64,000 nt of DNA from NCBI GenBank assembly GCA_002269645.1, contig NIVC01002613.1:30519-94518 (forward strand). Direction: 5' to 3'. Both the position numbers and the translations under genes were made by a program. Below the pieces are notes generated by a model. It was not told the origin of the DNA, did not search any database, and saw only the letters and a program-made list of their open reading frames with translations. Shown here in pieces: positions 25,300-38,555 of this stretch (positions are counted from its first letter, which is position 1; each line of letters starts with the position of its first letter). Origin of the DNA: Macrostomum lignano. Its lineage: Eukaryota.

Positions 25300-27422
25300 A
25301 AAAACGTGCAGGAATGCATTTCTGCGCCTAATGCTTTTTCAGTGAGATTTTACCATAGACATCCATTCCTGCACGCAAAAAAGTGCGCACGCTAGCGCGC
25401 ACTCGTGCAGATGTCATTCCCGCACTCGTCCAGATGTCATTCCTGCACTCGTGACCGTGCAGGAATCATTCATTGTCTATGGCCCAAAAGGGGGTCTATG
25501 GAGCAACCAATTTGAGAATCTGGGCGCGCAATTAATCTTTTTCACATGCAGTGCTCATATATCCTTCACGAATAACTTCACTGAAATAACGTCTGCAAAT
25601 AGATGGCATATCAGAAAACGATTGACATTAACAATTTGATTTCAGAGAAACCAATTAAAACAGGCAAAGGCAAAACCATGGCATAGACCATACCATAGAC
25701 AATAAACCATAGATCGACAAACCATAGACAATGGAAAGCAACAAGTCTTCAATAGCTTGATTTTCCCACTAAGGATTAAATTGCTCGCTCATAGGCTCAA
25801 TTGGCTTGGAAAGTGCTAAATTATATTAATACTTATAGCCTACTTTTTCAATAAAATGTGGCTCTCAAATCTCAACTGCTCCTACTTCAAAATTGTTTAA
25901 ACAAGTGACGTTGTTTTATTGGTACAACCTGTGTATGCTTTATGTATGTAGATTGTAAGCCTACCTTTCACCTTAAAAAACTGAAAGTGACAATGGCAAT
26001 TCTAAGTTACTTTTATCTAAGAACAACCCACAAGGCCACAATAAAGCAAATGTACCCATACCCAAACTGAATTTCGGTTCATGCTTATTTGATAAGCCGG
26101 CCGAAGTTAAATAAATAAAAGGGCCTGAATCTGACCTGACCAAAGTCTGACTTAAGTAAATACTGTCAAAACTCCCAACTCGAATGTCTGAATAGAAGGA
26201 ACTATATTCGAATGAAAGACTAGGGCCTAATATTTAAAAATCATAAAATTTACTACATGTAAGATGTTGCCAAGAAATGCGGCTCACACTTGATGGCTTA
26301 GGTCTTTATCCCTTCTTACTTCTTTAAACATTGTCATTGTGGTGTAAGACCAAGATGGCCACATACCAAGAACCAAGATGGCTACAACATTGAATCTCTT
26401 ATTATATATATATTCCCTACCATAAATTTGCAACTTAATAGCTATTGTTAAATTAAATAAATATATATTATGCAGAAATCTATATTATGAAATTATCTAT
26501 TAATATTTGAATATTTTCATTCAGTTTTGAACCAATTACTTTTTAATAATTAATAATTAGGCTTCTTGGAATAAGTTAAACATTGAGCCATCAATTTCTA
26601 TCAGTTTAACAAAAAGTTACTATTAATATTATAGGCCTACAAGAAACTTGAAATGCATTATGCATAAACAACAATATATTGATTATGTACTAGGCTAGGC
26701 TAGGCCTTATTTGCTTAGTAGATATATATCTGAAATAAATGCTAAAAATAAAGAATGTTTTTTGTTTAGTTAATCTAATTATATTATAGTATGTATCTCC
26801 CGACTCCCTAGGATTTGAATATCCATACCCATTACTAATCACTAGGGCCTACTAATAAGAAATAAAGAACTGGTAGACCTAGGCCTATTCTTATTTATAT
26901 CAAAATTTAGAGCTGTCTTAAAGTTAAACTATTGAATATTCAGTGTTTTTATTATGAATTATAATCTAGGTGTATTAAATGCCAAGAATATATTTACCTA
27001 CCTATAGCATTAGCCCTAAAGAGAAAGCAGAAAGGTAGCCTTTGCCATGGAAAAATCAAATACATAGAAGATGTCCCTAATATACTAGCTTACAAGTATA
27101 TCCATGATATACAATAAGTATATTATATCTTAAATTATAACTTATTTCAACTACTTGTTTTGTAGGGGACAAGGGTAAGGCCTACCATATTGAGATGGCA
27201 AATGCTAAAAAATATACAAATTGTATTGAATATGCAAAAAATTATAAATAGAATAGTTCAAGGTTAACTAAGGATATTCTGCTTTCCTGGCTATGCCACT
27301 ATTTATTTGCCATGTTTAGCCTTTTTATAAATAACTTACCTTAAGCTGCCATAGCTATAGTTAAAATATAGGCTCTATAGAGTTACTGCAATGTTGTTAA
27401 ACAGTCAATCTTACCCCAACTG

Positions 27423-28553
27423 ATGCAGCAACAGCAGCAGCAGCTGATGCTTGGGCAGGCTGCCCAAGCATTGGTGAATGTGACCAGCCCCAGCAATGTC
27501 AACCGCATTCCGCCCCACCTGCGCAATGCCTACCAAGTGCTGTCTGGCCTGCAGATCACCTGCGGCTGCCTGCTCATCCTCGTCTGCGCCATTGGCCAGG
27601 TTGTGAGCTATGGCGCCAGCTACTCCTCCACTGCTGGCTTCTGGTGCGGCGCCTTTGTCATTGCTGCTGGAGCCGCTGGCTTTATCGCCAACAGACCCCA
27701 CACCGGCTGCAGCCTCTGCTGCATCAACACCTGCATGGTGCTGAGCATTATGGCTGCTCTGCTCTGCATCAACGTGTTCGTGACGTCGCTCACATTGTTG
27801 CAAATCCATGGGCGCACCAACATGTTCAACATCGGCACCGCCGTGGTGGCGGCTATTGAGGGCATTTTGGCCGTTGTGAGCGCCTTTTTATCCTGCCGAG
27901 CCTCCTGCTGCTGCGTGACCACCCCGGCTCCCCAGCAGCAGGCTGTGCAGGTGTACCAGCAGCGGCAGCAGCCCATCGTTGTCGTCAATTCGCCCCAGCA
28001 GATTGTCTATCCAATGCAGCAGTCTGGATACCCACCGCAGCAGTCTGGATACCCACCGCAGCAGTCTGGATACCCACCGCAGCAGTCTGGATACCCGCCG
28101 CAGCAGTCTGGATACCCACCGCAGCAGTCTGGATACCCGCCGCAGCAGTCTGGATACCCGCCGCAGCAGTCTGGATACCCACCGCAGCAGTCTGGATACC
28201 CGCCGCAGCAGTCTGGATACCCACCGCAGCAGTCTGGATACCCGCCGCAGCAGTCTGGGTACCCGCCGCAGCAGTCTGGATACCCGCCGCAGCAGTCTGG
28301 ATACCCACCGCAGCAGTCTGGATACCCGCCGCAGCAGTCTGGGTACCCGCCGCAGCAGTCTGGATACCCGCCGCAGCAGTCTGGATACCCACCGCAGCAG
28401 TCTGGATACCCGCCGCAGCAGTCTGGGTACCCGCCGCAAGCTCAGTGGTCTCAGCCGTGCGAGTCGCAGCCGCCGTTCAATCCGGCCTACGGAGACCTCC
28501 CGCCACCCTACGAGCCGCCGCAGGCCTCCGCTCCGTCTGGCGCCAAGTGCTGA
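27423..28553 (+). CDS. MS4A/CD20-like four-TM membrane protein with a C-terminal YPPQQSG repeat tail (intronless, 376 aa)
   Basis: Four hydrophobic segments ([16 protein letters not shown]; [19 protein letters not shown], compare MS4A PFWG..FIISG; [17 protein letters not shown]; [20 protein letters not shown]), a Cys cluster CRASCCC and a PPPY motif. Codons are GC3-rich. Confidence 0.78.
   Translation: MQQQQQQLMLGQAAQALVNVTSPSNVNRIPPHLRNAYQVLSGLQITCGCLLILVCAIGQVVSYGASYSSTAGFWCGAFVIAAGAAGFIANRPHTGCSLCCINTCMVLSIMAALLCINVFVTSLTLLQIHGRTNMFNIGTAVVAAIEGILAVVSAFLSCRASCCCVTTPAPQQQAVQVYQQRQQPIVVVNSPQQIVYPMQQSGYPPQQSGYPPQQSGYPPQQSGYPPQQSGYPPQQSGYPPQQSGYPPQQSGYPPQQSGYPPQQSGYPPQQSGYPPQQSGYPPQQSGYPPQQSGYPPQQSGYPPQQSGYPPQQSGYPPQQSGYPPQQSGYPPQQSGYPPQAQWSQPCESQPPFNPAYGDLPPPYEPPQASAPSGAKC
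28017..28436 (+). repeat. Coding 21-bp repeat x20 (QQSGYPP)
   Basis: All unit variants seen are synonymous (cca/ccg, gga/ggg). Confidence 0.93.
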
Positions 28554-28699
28554 TGATTAAGTCCTGTGTTCGAATCGTCTTGTTTTTCTTCAGATTTTGA
28601 TGTCTGCTACTTACAACATGAGCGCCATGTTTAGAGCCGACTAATAACTGATTGTGGAGGCCTTCGTAACGGGTAATACCCCTCTGACCTCACCTGTTA

Positions 28700-29480
28700 T
28701 CACAGTGATAACGGGTGGGGTTTGTGATAACAGGTGGGGTCAGTGATAACAGGTGGGGTCAGTGATAACCGGTGGTGACAGTGATAACAGGTGGGGTCAG
28801 TGATAACAGGTGGGGTCAGTGATAACAGGTGGGGTCAGTGATAACAGGTGGGGTCAGTGATAACCGGTGGTGACAGTGATAACAGGTGGGGTCAGTGATA
28901 ACAGGTGGTGACAGTGATAACCGGTGGTGACAGTGATAACAGGTGGGGTCAGTGATAACAGGTGGGGTCAGTGATAACCGGTGGTGACAGTGATAACAGG
29001 TGGGGTCAGTGATAACAGGTGGGGTCAGTGATAACAGGTGGGGTTAGTGATAACAGGTGGTGTCAGTGATAACTAACAGGTGGTGAAAGTGATAACAGGT
29101 GGTGACAGTGATAACAGGTGGGGTTAGTGATAACAGGTGGTGTCAGTGATAACAGGTGGGGTCAGTGATAACCGGTGGTGACAGTGATAACAGGTGGGGT
29201 CAGTGATAACAGGTGGGGTCAGTGATAACAGGTGGGGTTAGTGATAACAGGTGGTGTCAGTGATAACAGGTGGGGTCAGTGATAACAGGTGGGGTCAGTG
29301 ATAACAGGTGGGGTTAGTGATAACAGGTGGTGTCAGTGATAACAGGTGGGGTCAGTGATAACAGGTGGTGACAGTGATAACAGGTGGTGACAGTGATAAC
29401 AGGTGGGGTCAGTGATAACCGGTGGTGACAGTGATAACAGGTGGGGTCAGTGATAACAGGTGGGGTCAGTGATAACAGGT
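28700..29480. repeat. 19-bp minisatellite (cagtgataacaggtggggt)
   Basis: About 40 tandem copies with a ccggtggtga variant. Confidence 0.95.
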
Positions 29481-29562
29481 GTGTACAATTCTCATCTTTT
29501 TGGGGATATGAGGAGACTTAGAGCGAGCAATTCAGAAATATTCAAGTACTGTTCACTATGTA

Positions 29563-29620
29563 CTTTTGACTATGTACTGTTCACTATGTACTTTTGACTA
29601 TGTACTGTTCACTATGTACT
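29563..29620. repeat. Short 14-bp alternating repeat (gtactgttcactat/gtacttttgactat)
   Basis: Two alternating 14-mers repeated. Confidence 0.75.
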
Positions 29621-30464
29621 ATGTTATATTAGCAGTTGTGTCTATCAGCCGAGTTTAATCTCAATATATTCGCCAGCTGTAGCGATGCTGACTAGTTAAT
29701 TAAAGCCATTGAACTGAGCACACCGCTGTATTTCACCGGTGCATGGCGACTGTCTGTTTGTACTTTTATTAATTCAGGCGCACCAGCTTTGTATCGAATT
29801 CAATATTTTTGCACCAATTCTCACCTGACTGAGTGTTCAGATCATGGATGCGCATTCTTCAGTGTTATACTGTAATAATTCAGCGGTTGGAACCGTTTTA
29901 TGTGCTATAAGTTAATTTTCTTATAAGGTGTACCGGTGTTTCATTGCGCCGCTGTGGCTACTGTTCTAAGTCACCTTTTGATCGACTTTGTCGTTTTATT
30001 TCACCGTTTTGCAACCAATATATAATCCTTAGATGGGAGATTAAGACTTAAGTCCTACACTCTTGAGCCGTATTGCGTATCTTCACCGGCTTGGCATGGC
30101 CAATAAAAATTGTCCAACTTTAAATTCAATAAATCCGGATGCTTTTGCTTGGCAGTTTTTAAACCCATTTTTAAGAACGAATTTTTCATTTCTGATAATC
30201 GTGAGTTGACTGCAAAACTGGCCGTCTCGCTCATTTCTGGGAAAACAAAATTTTGCTGTCTGGGCTCTGGGGGCAACACCTGAGTGGCCACTTTGCACCG
30301 CGACTAACTCAATATCTCTGGACCGATATCCTATCCGAAGTGTATATGCTAGTGTACTGTCACCCGCTTACCGTAGTTACAGAGATGATGCCGATACTTC
30401 AGCCTCAGTAGCTGTGCGTACACTGGTGCCACAGCGCCATCCCCTCTGACCCAGAGGAGACCAT

Positions 30465-31015
30465 CCGCCCCAACACACCTGCCAAAACACCCTCTCTGCC
30501 ACAACACCCTCTGCCCCAATAATCCTCTTGCCATAAGAACCCCTCTGCCCCAACACCCCTCTGCTATAACACCCTCTGCCACAACACCCTCTCTGCCCCA
30601 GCACCCTCTCTGCCCCAATGCTCCTCTTGCCACAACACCCACTGCCGCAGCACCCTCTCTGCCACAACACCCTCTCTGCCACAACACCCCTTTCTGGCCC
30701 AAAACTCCCATCTGCCCCAACACCCATCTCTGCCCCAACACCCGCCTGCCCCAACACCCCGTTGCCCCAACACCCCGCTGCCCCAACACCCCGCCTGCCC
30801 CAACACCCCGTTGCCCCAACACCCCGTTGCCCCAACACCCCGCTGCCCCAACACCCCGCCTGCCCCAACACCCCGCCTGCCCCAACACCCATCTGCCCCA
30901 ACACCCATCTGCCCCAACACCCGTCTGCCCCAACACCCGTCTGCCCCAACACCTATCTGCCCCAACACCCATCTACCGCAACACCCCCCTCTACCGCAAC
31001 ACCCATCTGCCCTAA
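30465..31015. repeat. Degenerate 15-16 bp C-rich minisatellite (ctgccccaacaccc)
   Basis: Tandem copies downstream of the UNC93A-like stop. Confidence 0.9.
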
Positions 31016-31307
31016 CACTCGCTCTGCCATAACACTACCCATGCACTAGTGTCCATCTACTAATAAGCTGCTAAGAACTTTACTGAGCTGAACTGTATGC
31101 GTGTAGCCAGCGGTTTTATTGTAGATGGGCGCTGCAGACTCCAGTCCAATTAAAAAGAAAAATTCAAAATGATTGCTGAGAATGTAACTTTGAACACTAA
31201 GCGTGCACACGCGCGTGTGCCAACGCATGCAGTTGTTACATCAGATTCGAGCCATTGCGCACAAGAAACCTGCGATAAAAGCAAACATTTGTCCGGGGGG
31301 GGGCGCC

Positions 31308-34300
31308 TCACAGCTGGCCGCCAACCCGCATCCTCCGCGCCCGCCTGTCCACCGCGGCGCTGGCCACTAGCATGAGGCAGCCGGCTGACACCGCGGCCAG
31401 CATGACGCCCAGCTTCTGGTTGATGCACAGCAGCTTGTTGTAGGAGAAGCCCAGGATGTAGCCCAGCGACTCGAAGAACCGGTAGGCTGAGAACGCCGCG
31501 TCCGTTCTGTCTGAGAAGTACTCGCCGTAGATGGCTGCGGGCGGCGAGGTGGACAACACTCTTTGATCCTCTGTATGCTTCCTCAGCTCCCCCATCTCTT
31601 ATCTATCGCCCCGATCTCGCTCGTTTTCCCCGGTGCAGACTCGTGTGATCTAATACTGAGTGCTTGTGACTTCGAGGAATTCTATTGAACCCCGCTGTCA
31701 CTCACCGTTCATCTGCGAGTTCCACACCGTGTCCACGCAGCCCCAGGCGAAGGCGTAGCAGTAGAAATATGCGACCGGCTCAGCCTCCACCTGCCACAGC
31801 AGGCCGGCGACCTCCAGGCCGATCTGGCAGCACCCGGCTGGGTGCGGTGGTGGGGTCGGTTTGATAGGGTGGGGTTTGATAGGGTGGGGTTGATAGGGTG
31901 GGGTTTGATAGGGTGGGGTTGATAGGGTGGGGTTGAAAGGGTGGGTTTGATAGGGTGGGGTTGATAGGGTAGGGTTGATAGGGTGGGGTGGACAGTGTGG
32001 TTTTGATACGTTTGGGTTGAAACGGTGGGTTTGAAATGGTGGGTGGGGTTGATAGGGTGGGGTTGATAGGGTGGGGTTGATAGGGTGGGGTTGAAAGGGT
32101 GGGGTTGAAAGGGTGGGTTTGATAGGGTGGGGTTGATAGGGTGGGGTTGATAGGGTGGGGTTTGATAGGGTGGGGTGGACAGTGTGGTTTTGATACGTTT
32201 GGGTTGAAACGGTGGGTTTGAAATGGTGGGTGGGGTTGATAGGGTGGGGTGGACAGTGTGTGTGGTTTTGATACGTTGGGGTTGAAACGGTGGGTTTGAA
32301 ATGGAGGGTTTCGTTGATAGGGTGAGAAGTTGATGCGTGGTTGAGCGTCTGGTTTAAAGTACCCTACGATCGATCGTAAGATTACTTTTTTCGATTGCAA
32401 TAATATTTTTTTTGAACTTCTATTAGTCTGAGAGCACCTGACTCTTCGAGTTTAATTACAAACCCTACATGTACTCGTAATATGTGCATACATGCATGAA
32501 CTTCTGCATCGGCTACTCAACAGCCTCACCTGCCAGCAGCACCGGCAGCTTGCCGAGCCGGCCGGCCACCAAGCCGAAGAGCACCCCGAGCACATGGCCG
32601 GCCCCGTAGCACATCATCACGCGACCGACCGCGCCAATGCCGCTGCTGCAGGCCACGAAGCCCTGCAGTGTGGGATTCAAGGAAATCATACAGGATGTGT
32701 ACAATCCAATATCTTCCTGGGTTAAACCGAATTCCCCATTCAGTAGTCTGTACTCATCCCCTGCTGTACTCATCCCCTGCTGTACTCATCCCCTGCTGTA
32801 CTCATCCCCTGCTGTACTCATCCCTGCTGTACTCATCCCCTGCTGTACTCATCACCTGCTGTACTCATCCCCTGCTGTACTCATCCCCTGCTGTACTCAT
32901 CCCCTGCTGTACTCATCCCCTGCTGTACTCATCCCCTGCTGTACTCATCCCCTGCTGTACTCATCCCCTGCTGTACTCATCCCCTGCTGTACTCATCCCC
33001 TGCTGTACTCATCCCTTCACGGTACTCAGCCCACCTCGGTGAAGTCGCTGACGATGAAGGACTGGCTGAGCCCGACATTGACGGTCAGGCAGAGCAGCAG
33101 CAGCTGCCGCCAGTCCGCCATGTGGCGCAGCATCGCTAGGATGTTGCCGCGCAGCTGCGCCAGCGTCACGCGGCGTCGCTCCGCCTCAGAGTCTGTCCGG
33201 TCCACCAGCAGCAGCAGCACCAGGACTGACAGCAGCCCGCTGCCCATGAAGCAGCCCATCATGATGTAGAACTGCGGGCGGAGTGGGGCTGGCTGGATGG
33301 GACTGGCTGGATGGGACTGGCTGGATGGGACTGGCTGGATGGGACTGGCTGGATGGGACTGGCTGGATGGGACTGGCTGGATGGGACTGGCTGGATGGGA
33401 CTGGCTGGATGGGACTGGCTGGATGGGACTGGCTGGATGGGACTGGCTGGATGGGACTGGCTGGATGGGACTGGCTGGATGGGACTGGCTGGATGGGACT
33501 GGCTGGATGGGACTGGCTGGATGGGACTGGCTGGATGGGACTGGCTGGATGGGACTGGCTGGATGGGACTGGCTGGATGGGACTGGCTGGATGGGACTGG
33601 CTGGATGGGACTGGCTGGATGGGACTGGCTGGATGGGACTGGCTGGATGGGACTGGCTGGATGGGACTGGCTGGATGGGACTGGCTGGATGGGACTGGCT
33701 GGATGGGACTGGCTGGATGGGACTGGCTGGATGGGACTGGCTGGATGGGACTGGCTGGATGGGACTGGCTGGATGGGACTGGCTGGATGGGACTGGCTGG
33801 ATGGGACTGGCTGGATGGGACTGGCTGGATGGGACTGGCTGGATGGGACTGGCTGGATGGGACTGGCTGGATGGGACTGGCTGGATGGGACTGGCTGGAT
33901 GGGACTGGCTGGATGGGACTGGCTGGATGGGACTGGCTGGATGGGACTGGCTGGATGGGACTGGCTGGATGGGACTGGCTGGATGGGACTGGCTGGATGG
34001 GACTGGCTGGATGGGACTGGCTGGCTGGATGTGGTAACAGAGGCAGGTGACAGGGACACGGCAGTGACAGGGACACAGGACAGTGACAGAGACACAGGGG
34101 GAGGTGACAGGGACACAGGGCAGTGACAGGGGCACAGGGGGAGGTGACAGGGACATAGGGGCAGGTGACAGGGACACGGCAGTGATAGGGACACGGCAGT
34201 GATAGGGACACAGGGGCAGGTGACAGGGACACAGGGGCAGGTGACAGGGACACAGGGGCAGGTGACAGGGACACAGGGGCAGGTGACAGGGACACAGGGG

Positions 34301-36101
34301 CAGGTGACAGGGACACAGGCGCAGGTGACAGGGACACAGGGGCAGGTGACAGGGACACAGGGGCAGGTGACAGGGACACAGGGGCAGGTGACAGGGACAC
34401 AGGGGCAGGTGACAGGGACACAGGGGCAGGTGACAGGGACACAGGGGTAGGTGACAGGGACACAGGGGCAGGTGACAGGGATACAGATCAGGTGCCCTCA
34501 GCCCACCTTGTACTCCGGCGGTCTCTCGACGCCGCCTCCATCCCCGTCGGCGTTGCCGGCTGAGCAGAAGCGGTGGCCGCAGCTGAGGTTGCTGACTGCA
34601 GAGCCCAGAGCGCTGGCGGGGTGCTGCTGCCAGTCGCTGAGCGCCAGGTAAGAGATGAGGTTGCCCCAGATGTTGGCTGCGGGTGGTAGCGGGGATTATT
34701 GGCTACTAAAATTGGCTACTAAAAGTAGTATCTCTCAGGATCTCGTGGTTTTCAGCATATATTAGTCACAGTTTGCTAAGTGCAGCACTCTGCTGCTACC
34801 TTATCTCCACACGTTTTTGTTCGAGGCATTTTTACCTGCAGTGGTAGCACCCCTTTGCCCGAAATAATCTCGTCACAGTGACCCGTTTAGTGCAGACCTT
34901 GTCTCATGCCAATTTTTATTTCATATCAGATGTCAGTCTATCAACTAGTCGCTCTGCTTGTCACTCTGCATTGCTAACTTTCACTCTCTCTACGCTCGAA
35001 TGTCCCTTCCCAATACACCGCTTCATTCATTGTCACTCTCCTTCACTCATTGTCACTCTCCCTTTACCCATTGTCACTCTCCCTTTACCCATTGTCACTC
35101 TCCCTTTACCCATTGTCACTCTCCCTTTACCCATTGTCACTCTCCCTTTACCCATTGTCACTCTCCCTTCACTCATTGTCACTCTCCTTTCACTCATTGT
35201 CACTCTCCTTCACTCATTGTCACTCTCCCTTCACTCATTGTCACTCTCCCTTCACTCATTGTCACTCTCCTTCACTCATTGTCACTCTCCCTTTACTCAT
35301 TGTCACTCTACCTCACTCATTGTCACTCTCCCTTCACTCATTGTCACTCTCCCTTTACTCATTGTCACTCTCCCTTCACTCATTGTCACTCTCCTTTCAC
35401 TCATTGTCACTCTCCTTCACTCATTGTCACTCCCCCTTCACTCATTGTCACTCTCCTTCACTCATTGTCACTCTCCCTTTACTCATTGTCACTCTCCTTC
35501 ACTCATTGTCACTCTCCATTTACTCATTGTCACTCTACCTCACTCACTAATTGCCCCCAGGCCACAATCCCCGCTCACAGCTGGCAAACATCGTGAAGAA
35601 GACCCCGAAGAAGACCGACACAGCGCTGCGCTGCCGACCCTCTGTGCCGTCGCCTCCGCCGTCGTGTCCGCCGGCCCTCGCGTACTCGCCAGCCAGGCGG
35701 ACAACATAGACCGACATGGCAGCCCAGAGCGGGGCGCTGCTGACGCCCAGCAGCACGGAGGCTGGAATGATGGTGCCCCAATGCGGGTACAGGTTGGCCG
35801 CCAGGTACAGCAGGTAGGCGCACAGGCAGGCCGCCATCGTCCGCTTCGGCCCCAGCCGCCCGATGACCAGCGGGGCCAGCGCCAGCGACGAGGCCACGAC
35901 GCTCGCGTAGGTGACGGCCAGGCCGGCGACTCCCAGGCCGCCGGACGAGTTGAAGGAGCTCTGGATGGCGGACAGGCCCTGGTAGCTGGTGAACATCAGC
36001 ACAAAGCTGAGGCCCACGGCCAGCAGGTTCTTCACCGACCGGCCGCGGCTCATGGCCGGCTGCTCGTCGGTCTCGAGTGACGCTTTCTCGGTGGCCTCCA
36101 T
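31308..36101 (-). CDS. UNC93A: UNC-93-like MFS protein (UNC93A-like); exons 36101-35579, 34676-34507, 33271-33035, 32662-32530, 31837-31706, 31534-31308
   Basis: KNLLAVGLSFVLMFTSYQGLSAIQSS, RLGPKRTM, APLWAAMSVY, FFGVFFTMFAS|SNIWGNLIS, DFTE|GFVACSSG, WGCVDTVWNSQMN|AIYGEYF and AAFSAYRFFESLG. All five introns are GT-AG and phase-consistent. Confidence 0.9.
31855..32300. repeat. 14-15 bp G-rich minisatellite (gatagggtggggtt) in UNC93A intron 4
   Basis: Tandem copies with GGG/GGGG runs. Confidence 0.9.
32752..33012. repeat. 17-bp minisatellite (ctgctgtactcatcccc-like) in UNC93A intron 3
   Basis: About 15 tandem copies. Confidence 0.93.
33288..34030. repeat. 14-bp homogeneous minisatellite (ggctggatgggact) x~52 in UNC93A intron 2
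   Basis: Essentially perfect tandem array. Confidence 0.97.
34045..34480. repeat. ~21-bp minisatellite (gacagggacacaggggcaggt) in UNC93A intron 2
   Basis: Second array abutting the 14-bp array. Confidence 0.92.
35022..35545. repeat. ~21-22 bp pyrimidine-rich minisatellite (cactcattgtcactctccctt) in UNC93A intron 1
   Basis: About 24 tandem copies. Confidence 0.93.
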
Positions 36102-36394
36102 GCAGCTCTGGGATTCTGGGGGGTGGGCAGCAGCGGGGAAGCCAGTATTTAGAGCTGAGACCCCGCACCCACCCCTGCCAGCTGTTATCAGCTGTGAGCG
36201 TCACTCAGCGCTCGGGGCTGTGCGGCCGGGGGAGCGCTGCTGTGATATTGAAATGTGCTTTCAATGTGCTTTCACTTCGCCACTGACTTACACAGATAAA
36301 TGTTTGCTTGTCAAAACTCTCGCTGTCCAGATAGCCGCGTGATCTAGGCCTGGAATTTATTGAGTATTTGGTACAGTTGCCATGCTGCTCTCAT

Positions 36395-36815
<421 letters not shown>

Positions 36816-37614
36816 GTTACGGAACGCCAAGAAGCAGCTGTCAGCTTTAAGAAGATCTTATTACCTGTGGGCAAGACGCCACCAAGTAAATTTAAAGAAA
36901 ACTCACTGTAATGAATGGACAAAGTAGTATTGATAAACTGTGGAGACAGCGGCGCAGTGTTAAATTTAAAAAACCAAAGCCCAGCTTTAGAAAACGGGGG
37001 GTAGCGGAGACAGCAGAGGGAAAATAGAGGTTGAAGAAGGCGATCGTTTAATTTTATGAAGCCATGCAGCCGCACACCCCAGCAACTCTATTGGGTGCAG
37101 CTCTGCATGCGCAGATAGAGGAGAGGCCTCAGTGAAAGTCGATTCGAGCGTAGCAAAACGAACAAAATGCAGGATTTGCAGCGAAATTAATATTCAAAGA
37201 TCAGATCAGAGCACTGGCACACAGACGGCCAAGCCAGAAAAAACGGGGTTTCAGAACCCCCGGGGGACGGAGGAGAGGTGGGCGAAGGGGGTGGATGGGG
37301 TTAACACACTTTACACTGAGGACCCACGGAGCAGGCCTAGTGTAAAGTGACAGGAAAGCGTATGAGCTCACGATCTGAAACCAAGGCTTGAACCTGACGA
37401 CCTGATGCGCTCCACCACCCCACGACCTCCCGCATCGCTGACTACCCCAACCAGAGCCGAAACGAGCATCAGCTTCCCGACCTCTGCAAACGGAGTCAAA
37501 TCTGCCGAGCGTCCACGACAATCGCGTATGACGCTGCCCTGCGCTGACAATTATGACTTCACAAGGCTAGGCACTGTTTGGAAATGCATTTTCCCATTCG
37601 GGGACTTCTCGCGG

Positions 37615-38555
37615 AGAGCAGTGGTATCAGACGTGGAGAGCTGTGGTATCAGACACTGAGAGCTGTGGTATCAGACACTGAGAGCTGTGGTATCAGACAC
37701 TGAGAGCTGTGGTACTGGTATCAGACACTGAGAGCTGTGGTATCAGACACTGAGAGCTGTGGTATCAGACACTGAGAGCTGTGGTATCAGACGCGGAGAG
37801 CTGTGGTATCAGACACTGAGAGCTGTGGTATCAGACACTGAGAGCTGTGGTACTGGTATCAGACACTGAGAGCTGTGGTATCAGACACTGAGAGCTGTGG
37901 TATCAGACACTGAGAGCTGTGGTATCAGACACTGAGAGCTGTGGTATCACACGCGGAGAGCTGTGGTATCAGACACTGAGAGCTGTGGTATCAGACACTG
38001 AGAGCTGTGGTATCAGACACTGAGAGCTGTGGTATCAGACACTGAGAGCTGTGGTATCAGACACTGAGAGCTGTGGTATCAGACACTGAGAGCTGTGGTA
38101 TCAGACACTGAGAGCTGTGGTATCAGACACTGAGAGCTGTGGTATCAGACACTGAGAGCTGTGGTATCACACGCGGAGAGCTGTGGTATCAGACACTGAG
38201 AGCTGTGGTATCAGACACTGAGAGCTGTGGTATCAGACACTGAGAGCTGTGGTATCAGACACTGAGAGCTGTGGTATCACACGCGGAGAGCTGTGGTATC
38301 AGACACTGAGAGCTGTGGTATCAGACACTGAGAGCTGTGGTATCAGACACTGAGAGCTGTGGTATCAGACGCTGAGAGCTGTGGTATCACACGCGGAGAG
38401 CTGTGGTATCAGACACTGAGAGCTGTGGTATCAGACACTGAGAGCTGTGGTATCAGACACTGAGAGCTGTGGTATCAGACGCTGAGAGCTGTGGTATCAG
38501 ACACGGAGAGCTGTGGTATCAGACACGGAGAGCTGTGGTATCAGACGCGGAGAGC
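37615..38555. repeat. 22-bp minisatellite (gagagctgtggtatcagacact) x~42
   Basis: Direct tandem copies. Confidence 0.96.

Noticed and set aside
28017-28436. RNA polymerase II CTD-like heptad
   Set aside because: The unit is YPPQQSG rather than YSPTSPS, and it is attached to a membrane protein.
33186-34463. Long ORFs on both strands (PASPIQPVPSSQSH / MGLAGWDWLDGTGW repeats)
   Set aside because: Translations of the 14-bp and 21-bp intronic minisatellites of UNC93A, which lie between valid splice sites.
37307-37349. 11-bp stem hairpin cactttacact/agtgtaaagtg
   Set aside because: Too short for a pre-miRNA and has no supporting context.
37615-38555. CRISPR-like regular repeats (also 28.7 kb, 44-56 kb, 61.8 kb)
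   Set aside because: Head-to-tail units without unique spacers, no cas genes, and a eukaryotic context.
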